64,000 nucleotides of DNA from Macrostomum hystrix (lineage: Eukaryota > Animalia > Platyhelminthes), in NCBI GenBank assembly GCA_950097015.1, contig CATNEN010000034.1, positions 558,001-622,000 of the forward strand. Direction: 5' to 3'. Within the stretch, counting starts at the first letter, position 1; each line of letters opens with the position of its first letter. Below the pieces are notes generated by a model. It was not told where the DNA came from. It saw only the letters and a program-made list of their open reading frames with translations, and did no database searches. Positions 25,193-39,600 of the stretch are shown one piece after another. The position numbers were made by a program, and so were the translations under genes.

Positions 25193-27844
25193 TTACTGAG
25201 TTGGTCCATTAAGAGCCTGCTGCTCCTGGATGAACTGAAGGCCCTTGCCGGAAGCCAGCATAGCCTTGGTTTCATCGTCGAGCTCGCTTTCCTGCTGATA
25301 CTCGGATACGTACAAACGCTTGTCGATCAGCTTGGGGATGGCCTTGATCTCCGTATTCAGCTGCTGCTCAATTTGCTTCAGAGCAAACCGGTCGTCGTAG
25401 GTGATAAGGTTAATAGCAATACCAAGATGGCCGTAGCGACCAGATCGACCGATGCGGTGCAGATATGTTTCGGCGTACTTTGGAAAGTCGAAATTGATGA
25501 CGACATTTACAGACGGAATGTCGATACCGCGAGTGAACAGATCGGTGCATACAAGATTGCGGCAATGGCCCTGACGGAAGTCGTGGAAGACGCGATTACG
25601 GAAGTGCTGAGACATGCGGGCGTGGATGTAATAGCACGAGTAACCAAGCTCTGTGATTTTCTTGGCAAGTAGTTCGACCCGTTGAGCAGTGTTGCAGAAT
25701 ATGATCGACTGGTTGATTTGAAGCTTGGAGAACAGCGTGTTTAGGCAGTGAACCTGTGATCAAAAAGTAAAATATTTGATTATATGCACATTTATACTTG
25801 CTTCCGGCATTTTAGACATAAAGGTATAATATCAGCATTAGCATGATGTATATCATATATTCGAGTCATACCCGTCTTGAAGTTTTTCATCACAAATAAA
25901 GGCAATTATTTATTTTAAAGATTAGATTTAACAGCTAAAAAGGAGTAAGCTGCTATTCGAAATTTGGAACATCTTTTTTATGTTATAGTCCTGACCCAAA
26001 AAAACATTATTTTTAAGACTCAGGAAATGGTGAAGTGTTTTCGCAGAATGCACTACAACAAAGTTTTTAGTTTCAAACTAATTAGCTTAATTGAAGTAAG
26101 CTACTAAAAATAGCGAGCCCGACTTATACCAAAAGCAAAAGGTAGTGACACACGGCTCGACAGTTGTATATTAACTGCACTCCCGAGAGATTTTTAATTT
26201 ACAAAACTAAGTTATGATACACATTGCGAAGAGAAATTCGATAAAAAACTTTATTTGAAACATTACTCAACACATCTTACCTTGTGTTTTTCTTGAACAT
26301 AAGCGTAGAATTGAGTGATACCCTTAAGGGTCAGCTCCTCCATTAGATTGATCTCGTACGGTGTTCGGAGGTAAGTCTCCATGAATTCTTGCACCGTGAG
26401 CGGGAAAGTGGCGGAGAACAGAAGGATTTGTCGATCCTTAGGCAGGCGCGAAATGATGCCGTGTAGCATGATCTAAAATTAATTCGCCTTGTTAAGATGA
26501 AACGAAACAAAAAGGGAGTAAAGAACTTTAAACACAGGACATATGCTTTTCTTTCAGCAAAGGTGAATTCTTATTTCATTAGTTTATCAAACCCGAAAGA
26601 TGAAACATCATTATAAAATTGCACATCGATTTTCAAAAAATGAGCAGATAATTTTAACAAACAATATTTTTGTTTATTAAAAGTAATCAGAAACAAAAGG
26701 CCGATTTACCTTAAAATCTTGTGACAGAAGCTTGTCCGCCTCATCGAGAACGAGAGTTTTGCAAATGTCGGTCTTTAGCACATCCTTCTTTAGAAGATCG
26801 AGCACACGACCAGGTGTAGCGATTACTAGGTGTACTTCTTCATCAAGCCGCATGATGTCGTCTTTGAGGTTTGTACCACCAGTTGTGACCATCACCTGAA
26901 GCAAACAAAGTTTAGATTGACTTGCACACTACAAAACTACAAATTGCACTACAGAACTAAAAATCCTACAGAAAAAATATATTTTTGGGTTTCTTATTTG
27001 CAGTAATATTAAAAGTACACTTCAATTTTTCCGCTATAAAAAACTAAATTCGTATAGCCGCAAACTGAGTTTAATATATATTATAGTAAAATTGCCCCAC
27101 CAAAAATATTTGCATTTTGCATAATTTTTAGATGGTAGTGTGATACTATAAATAATAGTAATATGAAAATTGGAAGACTTTATTTGTGTCTAACCTTGGC
27201 ACCCGTGTGCTTGGCAAGTTCAATGCAGATCTGGCTAGTTTGTAGAGCAAGCTCGCGCGTAGGCACAATAATCATGGCTTGAACAGCATTCTTGCTTGTG
27301 TCGATTTTCTCCAGCAATGGGATGCAGTAAGCGCCAGTCTTACCAGTGCCGTTCTTAGCCCTGTGTAAAACATATTATGCAATATGCATAAACTATTTAA
27401 TCCATTAAAAAAGGCTAGCAGTCACAAGTTTGGCTGCATATGTAATTTAATTTCAAGTAATTTTGTCACTGATACAGAGGCACAGGAAAAACACAAAACA
27501 ATATACAAGAAAATATTGTTACAAATAAAATTTGATGGTGCCAATTTCAAAGAAAAAAGTTTTTTTGTGCTAAATTTTGTATGCTCATAAATCAATTACC
27601 TAGCTAGTACATCTCGACCAGTCAGAGCAATTGGAATACTTGCTTCCTGAATGGGGGATGGCTTTTCCCATCCTTTCTCATAGATGCCCATCAGGAGATC
27701 ACGCTTCAGGTTAAAGTCCTCAAATGCATTGCCTTTGGTTGAGGTAACATCAACTGTTCGAAGCCGATTATCCTTTGGGGGAAGCTTCAAACCATCCTTC
27801 CAGTCTTGAGAATCACCTTTCTGAGAAGCAGTTCGCTCCATCAT
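25193..27844 (-). CDS. DDX6: DEAD-box helicase DDX6 (Me31B/CGH-1/Dhh1); exons 27844-27600, 27360-27195, 26895-26710, 26472-26281, 25753-25193 (~449 aa)
   Basis: [24 protein letters not shown]|[48 protein letters not shown] and [10 protein letters not shown]. All junctions are GT-AG and in phase. Confidence 0.97.
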
Positions 27845-29966
27845 AAATGCAGAAAAAGTATAGAATAACTCAAGATCACAGATACCAGAAATGCAGCTTG
27901 ATGCTAAATCTAAAAAAGAATGAAGTGTTACATTATTAAATGCAATAATTATAAACAATTGCCTAAACATAGTAAAAGTAAAAGCAGACATGTCAAATTT
28001 GGACATTTATTATATAAACAAAAATATACAAAGCCACATTTTAAGAAAAACTAATATTTTAACTTTAAGAAAACCACATACACAATTTGTTTATACAAAA
28101 GCTAAATTTAAACTTGCTAATAAATTAAATCTTGTGGCAATATAAAATTTTTTGGTTCTATATGCACTTTTAATGTGCTAAGTTGAAATTGTGTGTTAAC
28201 TCTAACCTGTAATAAAAAATGTATTATCTTACTATGATAAAGAATGTAAAAACATAAAACCCAAAACATTTAGCCCTAATAAAATAAAATTGTTAACAAG
28301 GAGAAAAACAACAAATGTACACTTATGACTATAAAAAAATAGATATATACAGTTTATACATATACACACATTTCAACTAACAAAATTGAGGTTAGGTTTT
28401 TTATTTAGAAACAAAAAACTGTTGTATAACATTTATTAATTAGATTCTAGGATAGACAATTTATTATTATATACCTAAGAAAATGACAGTAATTACACCT
28501 AAACTTGACACTTAGGGCTTACCCAGTTAAAAATAATTGTTGACTTTGTACTACTAGCCACTAAATATGTATATTTGTACTATTTTTTTCTCTAAAACTA
28601 GCAATTTGTCAAAAACCATGGACTTAGGACTCACTTATTTTATTTACTTATGTATAAAATTAACAAACTTGACAACAATTAGCTATTTCAAACATGCGTG
28701 ATAAGCATGAAAGTATGAAACTATATTTCTAAAACAAAAGCAATTTTTCCTTTTTAGGCTTTTATTGAAACATATGATCCTGGCTAGATTTGCTATGGTG
28801 CCTATCATTGTGAAAAAAACAAATCAGCTAAACTAGCGAGGGCCTAGTCTATCTTTATCTTCATCTTTGGTAAAAAACACAAAGCCCAGGCCGAGCTAGC
28901 TAGGTTAATGCAAGTTGCGATACTATAGGCTTTTCAGAATACACTATTTAGCTATGCTTAGAATACTTACATGGAGTAGCTGAAGTTAATTGGTGGATGA
29001 ATGTTTTATAAGTTAGAGAAAACTTCTCTTTAAGTCACAAACGTTGATTTCTTACTGAATGTCTTGATGTGTCGCTTACCGATAATTTTGACGGTTTTGT
29101 GAACTGATACTTCGTATACAGTGTTTTACAAGTGTGTTTAAAAATCTTTAAAAAATGGAAATATTTTTTTTGTGTTTGACAAGATTTGGGAAGCAGATGT
29201 GATATTAAAAGTGGTTTTCTATTATTTTTCTTAAGCAAAGTTTGTAAATATAGTTCTCTAAAAACCAAGTACTCAGAAATGTTTTTTATTTTCACATAGA
29301 AACTAAAAAACATATATGGTTACGACAGTAAAAACGAGGCTTTTAGTTGACAAAGAATTTAGCGAGAATTTGTTGGACTTAGTTTTTCTTGCTAGGCATG
29401 CAATACCAAGTTTTTGTGGATGTTTGTATGGTCTTATTTGGGATAAAAAGTGTAGAAAATTAATGATGCTTGCGTTAGGTTATATTTTTGCATAGTATTT
29501 TTTCGAATAAACTTTATTAAAAGTTAACAGTTTTTACCCACTTTTATTGCCACTCATTGCCGCATGTTAAATATATATTTAACTACTGGCTAATACCCTG
29601 CTGGTTAAATGTCCCCTGCCTCAAAGAGGTATTTTTGTGTCACGTGTTTTCATTATGCAAAATGGAGTAAGCTGAAAAAAATCATAAATTTAACCAAGAG
29701 CTTACGTGATCTTTTCCGTCCAAGACACTGCTTAACAGACACCCCTGAATGATAGATATGAAGCAACGTTTCAATATCTGTAATCTGAGTCAGATTATCT
29801 GATGTGACTATACAGCAACATGTAACTGAGAACTTCATGTGCACATGTGACCGTGCTTCTAAAACTTTTCACGTAAGTTAATTTTGTCAATAGATAGATG
29901 GTTATACATGCAGTTTACCGATTCGACACATTCACAAGTAAGTAACAATACAACTTAAAGCGGCTA

Positions 29967-30190
29967 ATCGCTTTGCAGTGGGGGTGGTTAAAAAGGCTGA
30001 GATAGGAAGGGGAGGCGGCTAATCGCTTTGCAGTGGGGGTGGTAAACAAGGCTGAGATAGGATAGGAATGCGGCCAATCGCTTTGCAGTGGGGGTGGTTA
30101 ACGGCTGAGATAGGAAGGGGGCGGCCAATCGCTTTGCAGTGGGGCTGGTTAACACGGCTGAGATAGGAAGGGGAGGTGGCCAATCGCTTT
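29967..30190. promoter_or_regulatory. ~55-bp tandem repeat (4 copies) with CCAAT/CTAAT and G-rich boxes in the putative DDX6 upstream/promoter region
   Basis: gcggc(c/t)aatcgctttgcagtggggg...gctgagatagg recurs four times. The regulatory role is inferred from position only. Confidence 0.4.
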
Positions 30191-30719
30191 GTATATATGC
30201 GTTAATATACCTTTTAAAAACCACCCCCTCACACACCCACCCCACTACAATTTTTGGTATAAAAGTCGGGACTTTCAACAGGTTTTAAAGCTATGACTAT
30301 GTTTACTCGTACTACCTTACTATCTCACTAACGCCATGGATATTTATGCGAAAGATACAAAGTGCAAGTACAGGAGTTTAAAGGCCAAAAGTTTATCGCA
30401 ATCAGGAACTTTTACCGACATGATAGATGCGCCTGGTACGTGTTCCTGGCTTCAACTTAAACGTATAAATGGTGACAAAGCTGAAAGGACCATAGCGCTC
30501 TTTGGTCAAGTCGGCTTTAAGCAACTAGACTAAAGTGGTCAAGCTGGGCTTCGAAAATTTCATTTAATTCAAGGATAGGACGATCTGGTTGGCGCGGTTG
30601 CCTGAGGACTGTTGCGACGAGTTCAAGAAGCGCAACACCGTGCCGCTGTCTCCGCTGCTGTGGCAAGCGTCAGGTTGGATCGACAGCAGCTGACGGAGCC
30701 TATATAAATAATGCAACCC

Positions 30720-31215
30720 CTTCGACAATACATTCTAACCCTTTAAATAAATAATAATACCCCTCGATAATTAAAGCAAGCCAGTTGATAAATCATGCTA
30801 CCCAGTCGATAATTCATGCTTTTCATCAATAATTTATTCTTTCTTTTTAATAACTCATGCTTTTCTTCGATAATTCATGCTTTCCCCTTTTTATTTCAGG
30901 CTTTCCTTCAATAGTTCATGCTTCCTTACGATAATTCATGCTATTTCGTCGATAATTCATGCTTCCCCTCCTAAAGTCTTGCTTTCCCTTTATAATCCAT
31001 ACTTGTCCCTCGTCATTTCATGCTTTCCCTTCGACAATTAATTTTATCGTGCTTCATGCTTCCCCCTGTAAGCATGAATATAATTAATATTTTTCACCTG
31101 TTAATTGATGCTTTCCCTTCGTTAAGTCATGCTTTCCCTCGATAATTTATGCTTTACCGCCGATAATTCAAGCTTCCTCCTAGATAATTTAAGCTATACC
31201 GCCGATAATTCTTAG
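30720..31215. repeat. Degenerate ~23-bp repeat (gataattcatgcttccccttc) that resumes at 32690-32850
   Basis: ccgccgataattcaa(g/a)cttcctcc occurs on both sides of the 16-bp cassette. Confidence 0.75.
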
Positions 31216-31232
31216 ATTTCCTTAGATTATTC

Positions 31233-32685
31233 TAGATTTCCTGCAATTGACGAATTTGTTTGTAGTCATGTTCACAAGCTCGATGCTTCACAAGCTCGAT
31301 GCTTCACAAGCTCGATGCTTCACAAGCTCGATGCTTCACAAGCTCGATGCTTCACAAGCTCGATGCTTCACAAGCTCGATGCTTCACAAGCTCGATGCTT
31401 CACAAGCTCGATGCTTCACAAGCTCGATGCTTCACAAGCTCGATGCCTCACAAGCTCGATACCTCACAAGCTCGATGATTCACAAGCTCGATACCTCACA
31501 AGCTCCATACTTCACAAGCTCCATACTTCACAAGCTCCATACTTCACAAGCTCCATACTTCACAAGCTCGATGCTTCACAAGCTCGATACTTCACAAGCT
31601 CCATACTTCACAAGCTCCATACTTCACAAGCTCCATACTTTACAAGCTCCATACTTCACAAGCTCGATACTTCACAAGCTCCATACTTCACAAGCTCCAT
31701 ACTTCACAAGCTACATACTTCACAAGCTACATACTTCACAAGCTCCATACTTCACAAGCTCCATACTTCACAAGCTCCATACTTCACAAGCTCCATACTT
31801 CACAAGCTCCATACTTCACAAGCTCCATACTTCACAAGCTCGATACTTCACAAGCTCCATACTTCACAAGCTCGATGCTTCACAAGCTCGATGCTTCACA
31901 AGCTCGATGCTTCACAAGCTCCATACTTCACAAGCTCCATACTTCACAAGCTCCATACTTCACAAGCTCCATACTTCACAAGCTCCATACTTCACAAGCT
32001 CCATACTTCACAGCTCCATACTTCACAAGCTCCATACTTCACAAGCTCCATACTTCACAAGCTCCATACTTCACAAGCTCCATACTTCACAAGCTCCATA
32101 CTTCACAAGCTCCATACTTCACAAGCTCCATACTTCACAGCTCCATACTTCACAAGCTCCATACTTCACAAGCTCCATACTTCACAAGCTCCATACTTCA
32201 CAAGCTCGATACTTCACAAGCTCGATACTTCACAAGCTCCATACTTCACAAGCTCGATGCTTCACAAGCTCGATGCTTCACAAGCTCGATGCTTCACAAG
32301 CTCGATGCTTCACAAGCTCGATGCTTCACAAGCTCCATACTTCACAAGCTCCATACTTCACAAGCTCCATACTTCACAAGCTCCATACTTCACAAGCTCC
32401 ATACTTCACAAGCTCCATACTTCACAAGCTCGATACTTCACAAGCTCCATACTTCACAAGCTCCATACTTCACAAGCTCCATACTTCACAAGCTCCATAC
32501 TTCACAAGCTCCATACTTCACAAGCTCCATACTTCACAAGCTCCATACTTCACAAGCTCCATACTTCACAAGCTCGATACTTCACAAGCTCGATACTTCA
32601 AGCTAAAAGTCTGTGAGATTGACCCCTTTTGATCAACTTTAGCATTTGCTTCGGAGACTGTTGCTTTTTTGATCAGTTTTTTATC
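31233..32685. mobile_element. Repeat cassette copy 1: conserved 5' flank + 16-bp array (cttcacaagctc(c/g)at(a/g)) + conserved ~85-bp 3' flank
   Basis: The flanks are near-identical to those at 35729-35775 and 38401-38484. Confidence 0.75.
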
Positions 32686-33666
32686 AATTCAAACTTCCTC
32701 CTGGATAATTTTTGCTATACCGCCGATAATTCAAACTTCCTCCTGGATAATTTTTGCTACACCGCCGATAATTTATGCTTCCTCCTGGATAATTTATTCT
32801 TTACCGCAGATAATTCATGCTTCCCCTTCGACAAATCATGCTACCATCTTTAATAAATCATTCCATTCTATTGACGCTTTACGATTAGTTTAAAAAGAGT
32901 AATAACATCAGCTAGGTTTAATAGTAATTCTCCTAGTTTTGAATCGAATAACGCTTGAAGCAAATGCTCGAAAATGTTAAAATTATAAATAGCTCGTAAT
33001 AAAGCTTTTAGCTGCGCTCAACATAGTTCTAGTTCTGAATCTGATAACGCTGGCAGCTATGCTAAAAATATTTCCTTAGTTTTAACATCGAATAATGTTA
33101 ATGTTAAGAGTTTAAAATCGAATCTTGCACGAGCATCGGCTACATCGCACGACAGAAAGCTACTGAAGCTAGGAGGCGAGGCATGTTTCACCATGCAACA
33201 TCAATTGGTCACCAATGAATTATTTATTCTTACAACTTGTTCAACTAGTTTTTAATCAATAAAAGCCAAAAAAATCTCAATAAAAAGTGACAGAGAAGCA
33301 AAAATACAATTAAATTTTTCCTGTCTACAAGAAAGCTTAGATACAACAATTTCAAAGGACAAGAACAATGATCGCGTCATACAGGGCATGGGAAGCAAAC
33401 AGGGCAGGTCTGATTGCTTCGCGCACGGAGGTAGAACATACACAGCAATACGACTAGATCTATTCACTGCACAATGAGCCTGTGTGCAGCGGGTTGTTTT
33501 TAAATCAAATCATTCAAGCTAAGCAAAGAAATTGTGCAGTAACCCAGTTAGAACCGTGATGAGCATGATTGAACGTCAAACAGCTGATAGGTGTTGTCAA
33601 CGCCGTGCTTTGAATCAATTGAAACGTAAGCACAAAACCTACGCCAGCCGTCAGCTATGATGGTTT

Positions 33667-36600
33667 TCAGTCGGATTTCACTGAGCTGCGGTGGAAGATG
33701 CGGATGAAGGAGCGTCGGCCAGTGCCGCTACTGCCAATGGCCGAGGCTGATCGACCAACGGGATGCCTGCGAGCGCCCTGCTCGGCGGCGATCTCTTGGA
33801 AGGCGCGCGTCTTGCTATGGTCCAGCTCCGTGTAGTTCAGGGCCGCCTGCTGCGGTTGCAGAGAATCGACGATGAGGGAGCCGCTCTCACTGCCACTGCC
33901 AGCGCCCTCTTCCCCGGACGAAGCGTTTTTAGCCGTCGCTGATGTAGTAGCAGCAAAGGTGTGGTCAAGCCGGGCGTAGTGCAGGTGAATGTTACTGCCG
34001 TTGCCGCCTGCTCCGGATGCGAAACACGAAGACGTTGGCGGTCCTGACAGTGTAGCCAGGTTAATGTAGGGACAGCGGTCCAGGTACTGCGCCTGTGGCA
34101 GTGGTTGCGTCGGCAGCGGCGGCAAGCAGCAGCGCCTGCCGGGGTGACACTCGGACAGGGAGCGGACGTAGGGTGGCGCAGCCGACGCCTCCAAGATGGT
34201 AGCCAGGGGGACGGCCGAGCCGCCGTTGCCGACATTCGCTGATGCAGATACAGCGACTGACGAGGACGACAAAGAAGTCGCCGCCGATACAATCGACGCC
34301 GATGTTGCCGTTGACACGGACGCTGCAGAGACTGGCGCAACGCCGTTATTGCCGAAGCTGGACGGCGAATGACCGGAGGCGGCGGAAGCGCTGGCCGCCA
34401 ATTCGTCGCAGTAGTAGCTGCACTCGTCACCGGCCGAGCTCAGATGGCTGCCCGACTGCCGGCTGCCCGCGTCCTCGTGCGGCGGCAGGGCGGAGGCTTC
34501 GCCGTGGCCAGCCGCCGCGTGGCCGCAGCCGTTGCCGCCACGGACGTCGCTGCTAGATCGGACAAGTCGGCGACGACTGTCCGCACGGCTCCCCTGTAGA
34601 GTTTTGAATTGGTGGGGCGGAGAATTGTGCTTAAATATAGAAGGGCCACAGAGCAGATTAATATTCGCAGGGCTGTAGAGTCAACGCTCACACGCACACA
34701 GGTGTTTACATCTGACCTGACTTTCTCATTCTCAGGCACTCTCACTGTGCCTTTGGGATTGGCCCTCAAAAGGCACGATAAGCCCCCAAGTCACCGCGGA
34801 ATCGAGCTAAGGGAGCAGAAAGAGACGGGCGTGTTACAGCTCCGAAACTCACCCCTACCGCCTATAAGCACAATTTTTAGATAGACCGCTGCCTGCCACT
34901 CACTCGAATGTTCATTGATAAACTCCGGGTGAATCGGCCAATCAGGGATGGGCCGCTGGCAGTAGCTGAAGACGCTGTTGAAGCGGCTGTCGAGGCCGCC
35001 GCAGAGGCAGCTGCAGTCGCAGCCTGACTTGCTGGAGCCCCGTCACGGCAGTTGGCACCGCGCAGCCGATAGCAGACGGGGCCGGGCGCGGCTGTTAAAC
35101 CCGCAGCCGAAGACAAAGGCGACGGTTGTAATGACTCAAACCGATCGCGAAGATTGTAATAGTCCCTGTGCTGCTGCTGCTGCTGCTGAGCCAGTCTATG
35201 CCGACCAGCCTCGTCCGAGTCGAATGGAAACAGAGTGTCCGCATCTGCCGATGATTGATAACAGCAGCAGCCGGTGCCGGAGCATGCCGCTGCGCGACTG
35301 TCGGACGAATCGCAGCAGTTGGCAACCAGCTGCCGCTGCTGGCTGTGGCGCTGCTGATGGTGCTGCTGGAAATGATGGTAGTGCTGGTGATGCTGCTGGG
35401 GCCGTCGGCTGACACCGCTATGAGCTTGCGGTATGTCAATGGAGCACGAGCTGGTTGCTGCCTGCTGCAGTGGGGGCAGACCGGGAGGCGGTCGCAGCTG
35501 GCTGGCTGGAGTTGCGAAGGCGGCATCGGCTGTTGCGGTGGCAACGGCTGTGCCGAGGATTAGACTGACGGGCCGTCGCTCACCGGCGTCTGAGGATTCG
35601 GCAGGAGTCAGAGTATGGAGAGTTATCTGAGAGATACAAAGGCTATTCTAAAAATGTTGAGTACAAAAAATTCAGCAGCGTAGAGTTGGGATGAGTTCCC
35701 ACTTTGACTTGTGAGAAATTAATTTTTTTAGATTTCCTGCAATGGACGAATTTACGAATCCGTTTGTAGTCATCTTCACAAGCTCCATACTTCACAAGCT
35801 CCATACTTCACAAGCTCCATACTTCACAAGCTCCATACTTCACAAGCTCCATACTTCACAGCTCCATACTTCACAAGCTCCATACTTCATAAGCTCCATA
35901 CTTCACAAGCTCGATACCTCACAAGCTCGATGCTTCACAAGCTCGATACTTCACAAGCTCCATACTTCACAAGCTCGATACTTCACAAGCTCCATACTTC
36001 ACAAGCCCCATACTTCACAAGCTCCATACTTCACAAGCTCCATACTTCACAAGCTCCATACTTCACAAGCTCCATACTTCACAAGCTCCATACTTCACAA
36101 GCTCCATACTTCACAGCTCCATACTTCACAAGCTCCATACTTCACAAGCTCCATACTTCACAAGCTCCATACTTCACAAGCTCCATACTTCACAAGCTCC
36201 ATACTTCACAAGCTCCATACTTCACAAGCTCCATACTTCACAGCTCCATACTTCACAAGCTCCATACTTCACAAGCTCCATACTTCACAAGCTCCATACT
36301 TCACAAGCTCGATACTTCACAAGCTCGATGCTTCACAAGCAACTTACTTCACAAGCTCCATACTTCACAAGCTCGATACTTCACAAGCTCGATGCTTCAC
36401 AAGCTCCATACTTCACAAGCTCGATACCTCACAAGCTCCATACTTCACAAGCTCGATGCTTCACAAGCTCGATACTTCACAAGCTCCATACTTCACAAGC
36501 TCCATACTTCACAAGCTCCATACTTCACAAGCCCCATACTTCACAAGCTCCATACTTCACAAGCTCCATACTTCACAAGCTCCATACTTCACAAGCTCCA

Positions 36601-39600
36601 TACTTCACAAGCTCGATACTTCACAAGCTCGATGCTTCACAAGCTACATACTTCACAAGCTCCATACTTCACAAGCTCGATACTTCACAAGCTCGATGCT
36701 TCACAAGCTCCATACTTCACAAGCTCGATACCTCACAAGCTCCATACTTCACAAGCTCGATGCTTCACAAGCTCGATACTTCACAAGCTCGATGCTTCAC
36801 AAGCTCGATGCTTCACAAGCTCGATGCTTCACAAGCTCGATGCTTCACAAGCTCGATGCTTCACAAGCTAGATACTTCACAAGCTCGATGCTTCACAAGC
36901 TCGATACTTCACAAGCTCGATGCTTCACAAGCTCGATACTTCACAAGCTCCATACCTCACAAGCTCCATACTTCACAAGCTCGATGCTTCACAAGCTCGA
37001 TACTTCACAAGCTCGATGCTTCACAAGCTCGATGCTTCACAAGCTCGATGCTTCACAAGCTCGATGCTTCACAAGCTCGATGCTTCACAAGCTCGATGCT
37101 TCACAAGCTCGATGCTTCACAAGCTAGATACTTCACAAGCTCGATGCTTCACAAGCTCGATACTTCACAAGCTCGATGCTTCACAAGCTCGATACTTCAC
37201 AAGCTCCATACTTCACAAGCTCCATACTTCACAAGCTCCATACTTCACAAGCTACATACTTCACAAGCTACATACTTCACAAGCTCCATACTTCACAAGC
37301 TCCATACTTCACAAGCTCCATACTTCACAAGCTCCATACTTCACAAGCTCCATACTTCACAAGCTCCATACTTCACAAGCTCCATACTTCACAAGCTCCA
37401 TACTTCACAAGCTCCATACTTCACAAGCTCCATACTTCACAAGCTCGATACTTCACAAGCTCGATGCTTCACAAGCTCCATACTTCACAAGCTCGATACC
37501 TCACAAGCTCCATACTTCACAAGCTCGATGCTTCACAAGCTCGATACTTCACAAGCTCGATGCTTCACAAGCTCGATGCTTCACAAGCTCGATACTTCAC
37601 AAGCTCGATACTTCACAAGCTACATACTTCACAAGCTCCATACTTCACAAGCTCCATACTTCACAAGCTCGATACTTCACAAGCTCCATACTTCACAAGC
37701 TCGATACTTCACAAGCTCCATACTTCACAAGCTCCATACTTCACAAGCTCCATACTTCACAAGCTACATACTTCACAAGCTACATACTTCACAAGCTCCA
37801 TACTTCACAAGCTCCATACTTCACAAGCTCCATACTTCACAAGCTCCATACTTCACAAGCTCCATACTTCACAAGCTCCATACTTCACAAGCTCCATACT
37901 TCACAAGCTCCATACTTCACAAGCTCCATACTTCACAAGCTCCATACTTCACAAGCTCCATACTTCACAAGCTCCATACTTCACAAGCTCCATACTTCAC
38001 AAGCTCCATACTTCACAAGCTCCATACTTCACAAGCTCGATACTTCACAAGCTCCATACTTCACAAGCTCCATACTTCACAAGCTCCATACTTCACAAGC
38101 TCCATACTTCACAAGCTCCATACTTCACAAGCTCGATACCTCACAAGCTCGATACTTCACAAGCTCCATACTTCACAAGCTCCATACTTCACAAGCTCCA
38201 TACTTCACAAGCTCCATACTTCACAAGCTCCATACTTCACAAGCTCGATACTTCACAAGCTCCATACTTCACAAGCTCCATACTTCACAAGCTCCATACT
38301 TCACAAGCTCCATACTTCACAAGCTCCATACTTCACAAGCTCGATGCTTCACAAGCTCGATACTTCACAAGCTCGATGCTTCACAAGCTCGATACTTCTA
38401 GCTAAAAGTCTGTGAGATTGACCCCTTTTGATCAACTTTAGCATTTTCTTCGGAGACCGTTGCTTTTTTGATCAGTTTTTTATCGTTCACCGAAATGTAC
38501 TTCTGAGAAATAAGCCCAGTACACATATCTAAACGTATGTAAACGCAAACTTCGTTTTCAGGCCTACTATTTTATATCCTACGGAAGGTAAAAAAAGGAG
38601 AGCTAAAAATTAAAAACAATAACAGTTTCCTTTCGCGAACATCAATACTATCCACAAAAAAGCGAAACAGTCTACTGCAAGTAAGCTAGCTATACGCGCC
38701 AGCAGTCATGTGACACCAATTTTTGTAGCCTCCCTCACCTGTTCCCGAAGCCAGCGATGGCAGAGGCCGGCTCTGGCTGGCGGCCTTCATGTCGCAGTAG
38801 ACGCGCTGCCGCTGGTCGCAGGCGAAGTACTGCATTCCGCGAACTACAATGCGAGTTAGCAGCAATCGATGATGACAACTCATCTTCACGATGGTGACAT
38901 GTGAAGAATTGGGATGAGTTCACACTGTGACATGTGGGAATTGGGATGAGTTCACACTGTGACATGTGGGAATTGGGATGAGTTCACACTGTGACATGTG
39001 TCAATTGGGATAAGTTCACACTGTGACATGTGTCAATTGGGATAAGTTCACACTGTGACATGTGGGAATTGGGATGAGTTCACACTATGACTTGTGGGAA
39101 TTGGGATGAGTTCACACTGTGACTTGTGGGAATTGGGATGAGTTCACACTGTGACTTGTGGGAATTGGGATGAGTTCACTCTGTGACTTGTGGGAATTGG
39201 GATGAGTTCACACTGTGACTTGTGGGAATTGGGATGAGTTCACACTGTGACATGTGGGAATTGGGATGAGTTCACACTGTGACATGTGGGAATTGGGATG
39301 AGTTCACACTATGACTTGTGGGAATTGGGATGAGTTCACACTGTGACATGTGGGAATTGGGATGAGTTCACACTGTGACTTGTGGGAATTGGGATGAGTT
39401 CACACTGTGACTTGTGGGAATTGGGATGAGTTCACACTATGACTTGTGGGAATTGGGATGAGTTCACACTGTGACATGTGGGAATTGGGATGAGTTCACA
39501 CTGTGACTTGTGGGAATTGGGATGAGTTCACACTATGACTTGTGGGAATTGGGATGAGTTCACACTATGACATGTGGGAATTGGGATGAGTTCACACTGT

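Noticed and set aside
30336-30533. 65-aa ORF upstream of DDX6 on the opposite strand
   Set aside because: No recognisable motif or splice chain; cannot be supported.
31247-38415. Up to 695-aa ORFs (LHKLHTSQAPYFTSS)
   Set aside because: The 16-bp repeat lacks stops in all three + frames; the second array lies in a DOK7-like intron.
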